DNA of 64,000 nucleotides from Thecamonas trahens ATCC 50062 (lineage: Eukaryota; Protista; Apusomonadida), in NCBI RefSeq assembly GCF_000142905.1, contig NW_013657674.1, forward strand, positions 404,709 through 468,708. The letters run 5' to 3'. Positions 56,361 through 64,000 of the stretch are shown piece after piece; position 1 is the stretch's first letter; the number at the start of each line of letters is the position of its first letter. The translations under genes and the position numbers were made by a program. The notes under the pieces are model-generated. The model had not been told where the DNA came from, did no database searches, and saw nothing but the letters and a program-made list of their open reading frames with translations.

Positions 56361-56620
56361 TGCCCACCACCATTAATCGTTGCCCACCACCATTAATCGT
56401 TGCCCACCACCATTAATCATTGCCCACCACCATTAATCGTTGCCCACCACCATTAATCATTGCCCACCACCATCAATCATTGCCCACCACCATCAATCGT
56501 TGCCCACCACCATCAATCATTGCCCACCACCATCAATCATTGCCCGCCACCATTAATCGTTGCCCACCACCATTAATCATTGCCCACCACCATCAATCGT
56601 TGCCCACCACCATTAATCGT
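56361..56620 (+). repeat. 20-bp minisatellite (TGCCCACCACCATYAATCRT) x13
   Basis: Directly visible, exact 20-nt period. Confidence 0.97.
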
Positions 56621-56743
56621 TGCTCACCTCCAATCGTTGCGATTCGATTCCCCTCGCACACGCACCCCTCTCCCCCACCCCCCCCCCTCTCGCCCCCCCC
56701 CCCCCCCGCTCCCTCCACGCGCCCAACCCCGCCTCCTTTCACA

Positions 56744-57493
56744 ATGTCGCAGGGCTACGTGCGCGACGCGGACAAGCTTGTCAATGGTTGTGTGATGGTG
56801 GCTGCTGCGGCTGCTGCTGCTCTGGCGCCGCATCCTGGGACACCGACGGCGGGTGGCGTGGCCGACCTGTCGACGACGTATGTGGAAGCCCGGGCTGCAG
56901 CCCGCAAGGCGCTGGGCTCGGCAGCAGAGGTGCGGAGCCTCTCGAATGTAGTCTTCAATGTCTGTGTCCGTGAGCACGGTGCGCAGCTAGTGTGCGTCCT
57001 CGTCGACGTTGTCACCGCTATGCTCACCCGGTTCGTGGGAAACTCGCCAGGCGCACCTGCGCTGATGGCCTCTGACGCCGAGGCGGCGCTGGGCGTGTAT
57101 GCGGCGCTTGCCGGTGCTGTCGATGCCATCGATGAAAACATCCTCATGCATCTTCACGATTATATCGCGTCCGAGGCCGGCTCGGCCGTCTCGGTCAACT
57201 CACCGCTCGAGCTCGACTCGTTCCTCAACGACGATGGGACCCGCAAGCCGCATCCCTCCATCTCGCCCGATGCCGACGGTTCGGAGGACGACGTCTTTGC
57301 CGCCGTCGGCTCTGTCCCGCGCCTGGTCAACATCATGCCGCTCCCTAATTGGGTTGCTCAGCTCTTTGTCTCGGTCGCCCTCCCGGGCATCGACCCGACC
57401 GGCCTGCGCGCCGCCGTCGACCGCGCCTCGGCTGACGCCGCTCTGCCGGCCGCCGCCAAGCTCGCTCTCGATCTCCTCATCTCGTTTGTCTAG
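56744..57493 (+). CDS. Hypothetical protein (249 aa)
   Basis: ATG in acaATG context after a C-tract; GC3-rich codons. No family recognised. Confidence 0.65.
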   Translation: MSQGYVRDADKLVNGCVMVAAAAAAALAPHPGTPTAGGVADLSTTYVEARAAARKALGSAAEVRSLSNVVFNVCVREHGAQLVCVLVDVVTAMLTRFVGNSPGAPALMASDAEAALGVYAALAGAVDAIDENILMHLHDYIASEAGSAVSVNSPLELDSFLNDDGTRKPHPSISPDADGSEDDVFAAVGSVPRLVNIMPLPNWVAQLFVSVALPGIDPTGLRAAVDRASADAALPAAAKLALDLLISFV

Positions 57494-57576
57494 CGCTCCC
57501 TCTCGCATGTTAAAGCCATCTCTGCCGACGGACGCATGAGGGGAGGGAGGGGGGGAGGGGAGGGGCTAAGATCGCT

Positions 57577-58770
57577 TTACTGGCGTGCCAGCCACTTGTT
57601 GTGCTTCTTGACGTGGGTCTTGAGCTGCTTGGTCAGGTTCTTGAGCTTGGACTTTTTGAGCGGCTCGCCGTCAGCGTCGGCGGTGGGCATGCCGCCATCG
57701 TCAAAGGCCGAGAACTGGCCGTCAAACTCGGGGAGGCGGAAAAAGTCGGCCGGCGGGGTGCTGTCGCGGGCATCGCGGGCAGCCTGCTCGGCGGCCCTTG
57801 CGGCGGCCTTTGCGGCGGCGTTGGCCTCACGGGCAGCGCGGGCAGCGCGGCGCTCGTCGCGCTCGGCGAGGAGAGTCTCGCGGTCGTCGAGCTTGACGAT
57901 GGCCACCCCGGTGTCGCGGTCCTCGAGGCGGACGCCGAGTTCGGGCAGGATTTCGTCGCGGAGCTCGTCGCAGAGTGCGAGGAGCTCGCCGGGTGAAGCC
58001 TTGGCGCGGGCGCCGGCCCGAACAGCGTCGCGGAACTTGGAGAGCGTGGTGAGGATTTCGACGACCACCGACGACGAGCCAGCGTCGCCGGTGCCGGCGA
58101 GCGCGCCGCTGCCAAATCCGAACCCGGTCTCCACCGTGGCGTAGAGCGGGTCGATGACGCCAAAGACGCCGAGAATGCGGGCGACAAAGCGGGCGGCCTG
58201 CATGAGGAGGTACGACTTGACGCCGGCATCGCCCACGGCAGACCGGTACACGTTGACGGCCGAAATGAGGTCGGCGAGAACGTGCATGGTTTTGGGCGTG
58301 TCGAACGAGTCCTTGAGCGCGGCGTCGACGTCGGCGGTGGCCGCCGCGATGGCGCTCTCGAGGGCAACCTCGGCGTCGCCCCACTTTTGCGAGCGCGCCG
58401 GCGTCTCCTCGCGGACAAGCGTCGACACGTTGAGGAAGAACTCACGGAGCTTCTTCTCCATGTCCTTGGCGTGCTGCATCGAGTTGTTCGAGTAGTCGAG
58501 CCCGCCCTCCCACGAGTGGAGGAGGAAGAGGAGGCGGATCTGCCGGGCCGAGTAGCTCTCGAGCGCCTCGCGGATGGTTTGGAAGTTCTTCAGCGACTTG
58601 GACATCTTGGAGCCGTGGATGTGCAGGTGGCCGGCGTGCAGAAAGTAGGAGGTCCACTGGTGGCAGCCAAAGTAGGCCTCAGACTGCGCCAGCTCGTTGT
58701 CGTGGTGCGGGAACTTGAGGTCGACGCCGCCGCCGTGAATGTCGAGGTGGTCGCCGAGAATGGCGCCGGC

Positions 58771-58803
<33 letters not shown>

Positions 58804-59802
58804 GCCGCGGCCCCACGGCGAGTCCCACGCCGGCTCGCCGGCCTTGGACGCCTTCCACAGCGCAAAGTCGGCGAGCGACCGCTTCTCCGAGCTTGAGTCT
58901 GCCGCCAGCGCGCCCTCGCCCTCCGCGAGCGCCTTTGCGTTGTCGCGCATCTCCGGCGCGAGCTTGGCATACACGTGCCCAGCGTCCATGAACGAGCCAG
59001 TCGCAAAGTAGACCGAGCCATTCGAGACGTACCCGAGCCCGCGCTCCACAATCTTGGCCGTCATCTCGATGATCTCGTCGACGTACTCGGAGACGCGCGT
59101 GAGCGCGTGCGGCGGCCGGACACCGAGCGCCTCCATGTCCTCCAGGTACTCGGTCTCGTACTTACGAGTATGCGCCGCAAAGATGTCGAGGTCGGTCACG
59201 CTGGCCCCCTTGGCGGCGTCGAGCCAGACCGCAAGCACGTCGCGGGCAGCGTCAATGGCCTCACCCGCTCCACCGTCCGCAGCAAGGCTAGCCAGCCCAG
59301 CCTCGGCCGAGCTCTTGGTAGCCGCGAGCAGCTTTGCCTTGGCCACAGACTCGGGTGTCTCCTGCTCCGCCAGCTCGGCGGCCTTGGCCTCGAACCCGTA
59401 GCCCTCGATGGCGGCGGCAATGTCGGCAGCGACGTCGGGAACAGAGCCTACCAGCGCGGCGGCCTTGTACTCGTCGAAGAGGTAGTTCTGCCGGGCGCGG
59501 AGAATGATCTTGTCGTCAACGTCGGTGATGTTCATGACCGCGTGCACGTCGTAGCCAAAGTAGTCCTCCAGAATACGGCGGATGATGTCAAACGAGAGGT
59601 ACGCGCGGGCGTGGCCAAGATGTGCCGAGTCGTACACTGTTGGCCCGCAGATGTACCAGTTGACTCGGTTGCCGTTCTTGGGCACAAACGCATCCTTGTT
59701 CTTGGTCAGCGTGTTGAGGACGTGCAGGCCCTTGTAGCCCGATCCGACCGCATCCTTATCACCCGGCGGTGCCCAATGATTCTCGTTGCTGTTATCGGCC
59801 AT
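57577..59802 (-). CDS. CARS1: Cysteinyl-tRNA synthetase (eukaryotic cytosolic type)
   Basis: Motifs WYICGPTVYDSAHLGHAR, MNITDVDDKII, DFALWK, GRPGWHIECSAM, DLKFPHHDNELAQ and KMSKSLKNF. Confidence 0.96.
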
Positions 59803-60944
59803 AAAACTGCTGCTCTCGGCCACAACGACCCCATGAGTGCATTCCACGTTCACATCCATCCGTCGGCCGACCGCATCCGTCCGCCCAACAACGCCCAGCG
59901 AGGTTGGCAACCAAGCCGTGGCCGACGATGCCCAAGCCGTTCCCCACGGTGAGTACCCACTACTCCCCGAAGTAGCTCCATTGCGCCAAGAGCCATGCCA
60001 GTACGGCAACGAGTACCATGCCTGTGCAGGAGTGAGCCACAGCAGTGGGTTGGTGGTGGTGGTGGTGGTGGTGGTGGTGGTGGCTGGCCCTGGCAAGCCT
60101 CCATTCGAACCATCCACCGAAGCCACTCGCCTGCCGAAGTGACTCACCTGCCAGGGCATGCGCATAGCAGCAGAGGAAGGGAACGGGAAGGGCAAGGGGC
60201 AAGGAAGAGGGGAGATAAAAAGGAGAAGAACCACTTGGCCCATAGCCCCAGTTAAAACCCCAGCTGCCCTGCATTGGCCATGGCTCTCCCATCGGCTGTT
60301 TGTACATACGTTGTGGTGCGAGAAGTGGGACAAGAACTGGGGAGGGTGGGGAGGGGGACAGGGGGGGGGAGGGGGAGGGGGAGGGAGGGGGAGGGGGAGT
60401 GACTCGGTCGACCACATGGCTGACCTTCATCCGATCGGGGCGAGAGGTGAGGGTGTGAGGGTGGGCTAAGAGGTGGATTGGGCATACGTGTGCGTGTGCG
60501 TGTGCGTGTGTCTGTGCGTGTGCATGTGTGATACAGATGGGGGTTAATAGAGGTGATGATGGCGATGATGGCGATGACGAGGGGGGGGGGGAGGGCATAG
60601 CCATCAGCCTCCTCGCTGGCATGGCCAGTAGCAGCGATAGCGGCGATGCCATCGATCAACAGCTGTTGATGGTGAGAGGTTGATGATGGTGATGGATGGT
60701 AATGAGGAGTCATGGGTGGTGATGGGTGATCTTGGGGTGATCCCAGGTGTCTCTTGCGGTGGGCAGTGGCTTTGGCTTGGCCCTGGATTGACTCTGGCTT
60801 GGCTCTGCCTTGCTGGCGCTGCCTTGCTTGACTCTGGTTTGCAACCACTTAACTCGTTGAGCAACTAGGTGCTCACTCCCTCTCCCTCCCCTCCTCCGGC
60901 ATCACTTGACGCACCACCACCACCACCACCACCACCAGCAGCAC

Positions 60945-63189
60945 ATGCTCCCGTCACAGAAGAGTGGACGGGTGTTCCAGGCACAGCGTGGGAGACCTCT
61001 TCTCAGCCAGCGGAACATGGTCCTGGGCATGGTCGTCCTCCTCGGCCTCTACCTGGTGAGCAACCTGTACAGCTCGGGCGGTCTCGCTGGCACGGGTCGT
61101 GGGCAGAGCGGAAGCCACCTGGACAAGGATGCCCGCATTGTCATTCTCGGTGCTGGTGTGACTGGTCTCGGTGCTGCCTACCGTCTCAATGAGCTCGGTC
61201 ACCGTGACTGGGCCGTCTATGAGATGGCCGACAAGCCCGTTGGCCTCGCTCAGTCGGTTGTCGATGACCAGGGCTTCACCTGGGACATCGGTGTCCATGT
61301 CCTCTTCTCGCACTTTGGCTACTTTGACACGCTCCTCGGTAGGTGCCCTTCTCCCCCTCCCCTGGCGTCGCATCTCCTCCTCTGATTCCTCACTCACACC
61401 GATCCACAGACGCCCATCTGCCGGTCGACGAGTGGCAATACCAATACGGGCGTCGCCGATCTACATGCGCGATCGGTTTGTGGGCTACCCGCTGCAGAAC
61501 AACGTGTGGCGGCTGCCGCCGGCCGATGCGGAAAAGTGCCTCGTCGGCTTGCTCGAGGTCCACGACGATGCCGTGGCTGGTGTGACCAAGCCCAAGCCGC
61601 ACACCTTTGCCGAGTGGGTCGATCAGTCGTTTGGCTCGGGCATCGCCGAGGTCTTCATGACTCCGTACAACTTCAAGGTATGGGCCCATCCCACCACCGA
61701 GCTCAACCCGACGTGGGTGGGCGAGCGGGTGGCAACCATCGACTTTAAGCGCATTCTCTCCAACATGGTCAACGAGTTTGAGGACGTCCACTGGGGGCCC
61801 AACGCCCGGTTCCGCTACCCATCGCGTGGAGCAGGCAAGATCTGGGAGAATGTCTACCGCGGCCTCCCGCGGTCGCGGTTTAACTTTGAGATGGAGGCTC
61901 TCGAGATCAACGTCGACGACCCGAACAACAAGTACGTGGCCTTTGCCGATGGGACCCGCGTCCCGTTCGACGCACTCATCTCGACCATTCCCATGGACAA
62001 GCTGCTCACTCGCATTGCCAACCGGCCGGACCTCGCCGCGTGGGGCTCAGAAAAAGGCGCGTTCAAGCGGCAGACCGTCAACCTGGTCGGGGTCGGGGTC
62101 GAAGGCATCACGCCCGCAGCGTGGAACTCCTCGCACTGGATCTACTTTCCCGAGGAGATCTACCCGTTCTACCGCATCACGCTCCTCACCAACTTTTCGC
62201 CGTACATGGTGCCCAAGCCTGGCGAGCAGTACTCGGTCCTGGTAGAGGTCTCCGAGTCCAAGTACCGCAAGGTCGATCAGGCGACGCTCGTCGACGACGT
62301 CATCGCCGGCCTCAAGCACGCCGGCGTCATTCCGGACGGCGCGCCGATTGTCTCGCGCTGGCAGGAGCGGTTTGACTATGGCTACCCGGTGCCGTACGTC
62401 GAGCTCACCGAGCACGTTCTCCGTGCCAACGACGAGCTGCTCCAGCTCGGCATCTGGTCGCGCGGTCGCTTCGGCAACTGGCGGTATGTGACGGGCAACC
62501 AGGACCACGTGTGCATGCAGGGTGTGCAGGCCGTGGACAACATCCTGTTTGGCGACTACGAGGAGATTGTGTACGAGCCCAACGTGGTCAACGGCAAGAA
62601 AGGCCAGCGCAAGATTCTCCCGCCTGAGATCAAGGACCATTGGGATGTAGTCATCCCCGGCTGCATCCCCGACCTCGCCGCTTGGCTCGCGCCGCTCCTC
62701 GACGACCTCGCCGCCGCTGACATCGTCCCGCGGGTCTTTGTCTACTCGTCCTGCAAGTCGGATGGTGGCCTGCCGGACACGCTCACCTCCAAGTACGACA
62801 TCCGGGTGGCGTCTGCGCCCACGTCGTCGGCAAACACCGCCAACCTCGTCACCTACGCCTCGCATGTCCTCGCTAACTACGATGATCTCAACCCGATCAC
62901 CTTTTTCCTGCCCGGCGCTGCAACTATGGGCGCCTCACTCACCCATCCCTCGCCGCACGACTTTGACATCACCTCGTCGTACGAGAACCGCGGCCACTTT
63001 ATGTACCAGAAGGCTTCTGGCGTCACCGATCCGCTCTTCTGCACCTTCTTTGAGGCCCTCTACGCCTTTGATGGCCTCGACTGCCCTACCGCCTTTGAGT
63101 CGGCAGCCGCCTTCCACATCTCGCGCGGCACCCTCCTCCACCTCTTGCCTCAGGACTACCAGGCTTTGCTCATGCTCAAGCATGCGTAG
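60945..63189 (+). CDS. Eukaryotic-type UDP-galactopyranose mutase with N-terminal signal anchor and C-terminal DUF3431-like domain; join(60945..61338,61410..63189) with an apparent 1-nt deletion near 61443
   Basis: Motifs GAGVTGLGAA, WD.G.HV.FSH, YPLQNN, PYNFKVWA, GERVA, WGPNA.FR.P, W.YFPE..PFYR, GYP and SRGRFG.W.Y..GNQDH..MQG. Hydrophobic segment MVLGMVVLLGLYLV follows a basic N-terminus. Confidence 0.82.
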
Positions 63190-63405
63190 CAGGCTTCCTA
63201 TCGCCGAGCCCAGCTCGTCGCCCATCACCAAGTCTGCCCGTCGCCCAACCCATCGCCAATCGCCGAGCCCTTTGCGAGCAAACACCAGACTCTGTCCCTC
63301 CACCCCCCCACCCCCCCCCCCCCCCCCGATCCAACCCAACTCAGCCGGCCTTCCCTCGCACCCCCCCCCCCCCACCTCCACCCTCACTTCACTCCACACC
63401 ACTCC

Positions 63406-64000
63406 ATGTTCCGCTCAGCCCAGCTTGCGCTTCGTAGCGGCACATCCATGTGCGCCCACGTGCCGTCGCCACGGGTAGGGTGCGTGCTGGCCAAGAGAGC
63501 AGCAAGCGGTGCGGCAGTGACGCGAGGTGGCGTGAGCGTGAGCGACGACGGGGTCATCGCGGTAGCGGGCTTGGGGGAGATCCCGGGTGTGGCTGCTCGT
63601 GACTGTTGCCCATGCACAGAGTGTCGTCATCCAGAGACGCATCAACGGATGGTGGCAACCCACACGCTGGCGCGCGAGGCGGTGAGCCCGGCTGATGCAG
63701 AGATGGGCGACGACGGCGGAGTGGTCGTCACCTGGGGAGACGGCCATGTCTCGCTCTATTCAGCTGGCGAGCTGCCGGCGGTGTTTGGAAGCAATCGAGT
63801 GGCGGCTCGTCAGCCAATGCCGGAAGGAGTGGGGATCTCGCGCAGCGGTGGAAGCCCCGCGGCCGGTGACATTCCGCTGGAGCAGCTGGTGGCATCTGGT
63901 GCGCTGGAGATCGATGCCGGGTTGGGCCAGGAGCAGTACACCGAGCAGGTGCTCGACAATCTGGCGGCGTACGGTCTGGCGTTTGTCACCGGGGTTGAGC
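63406..64000 (+). CDS. Trimethyllysine / gamma-butyrobetaine dioxygenase family (TMLHE/BBOX-like), 3'-truncated by the window
   Basis: My translation from ATG 63406: Arg/Ser/Ala presequence-like start, Zn site RDCCPCTECRHPETHQR, VTWGDGHVSLY, then YGLAFVTGV. The frame is open to the window end. Confidence 0.8.
   Translation, partial: MFRSAQLALRSGTSMCAHVPSPRVGCVLAKRAASGAAVTRGGVSVSDDGVIAVAGLGEIPGVAARDCCPCTECRHPETHQRMVATHTLAREAVSPADAEMGDDGGVVVTWGDGHVSLYSAGELPAVFGSNRVAARQPMPEGVGISRSGGSPAAGDIPLEQLVASGALEIDAGLGQEQYTEQVLDNLAAYGLAFVTGVE

Noticed and set aside
17589-61450. Programmed frameshifting or RNA editing as a common cause of the frame breaks
   Set aside because: No shared slippery motif. The draft assembly has gaps, and local duplications explain two of the cases.

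Overview
Gene-dense, GC-rich genomic DNA from a flagellated unicellular eukaryote, with two N-gaps. The multi-TM calpain, IFT121, AP-4, sparse 5' introns and poly-C/G tracts suggest an apusozoan such as Thecamonas; this is inference only. About 30 protein-coding genes lie mostly in alternating head-to-head and tail-to-tail pairs. Thirteen have a single 5'-proximal GT-AG intron. Recognisable genes: FYVE protein, WDR35/IFT121, PIF1, a DFD-motif kinase, A20/AN1 zinc finger, AP-4 mu, DEK1-like transmembrane calpain, FMN reductase, NOL12/RRP17, CH plus coiled-coil protein, DUF1764, EPG5-like, HPRT, RHL1-like, ACAP ArfGAP, PAP2 phosphatase, SWI5, RNF4-like, MYST HAT, HSF, CG-1-like, ADAT3, FHIT, RPL36, CysRS, UDP-galactopyranose mutase and a TMLHE/BBOX dioxygenase cut by the window end. 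I recognised no RNA genes, CRISPR arrays or transposases. Most notable: (1) a UGM with a type II membrane anchor and a C-terminal DUF3431-like domain, suggesting a luminal galactofuranose system; (2) a homologue of the plant topoisomerase VI factor RHL1; (3) a recurrent GATCGAT motif and minisatellites in bidirectional promoters; (4) two genes broken by exact 36-39 nt copies of nearby sequence. All family calls come from motif recognition by eye, not database searches.
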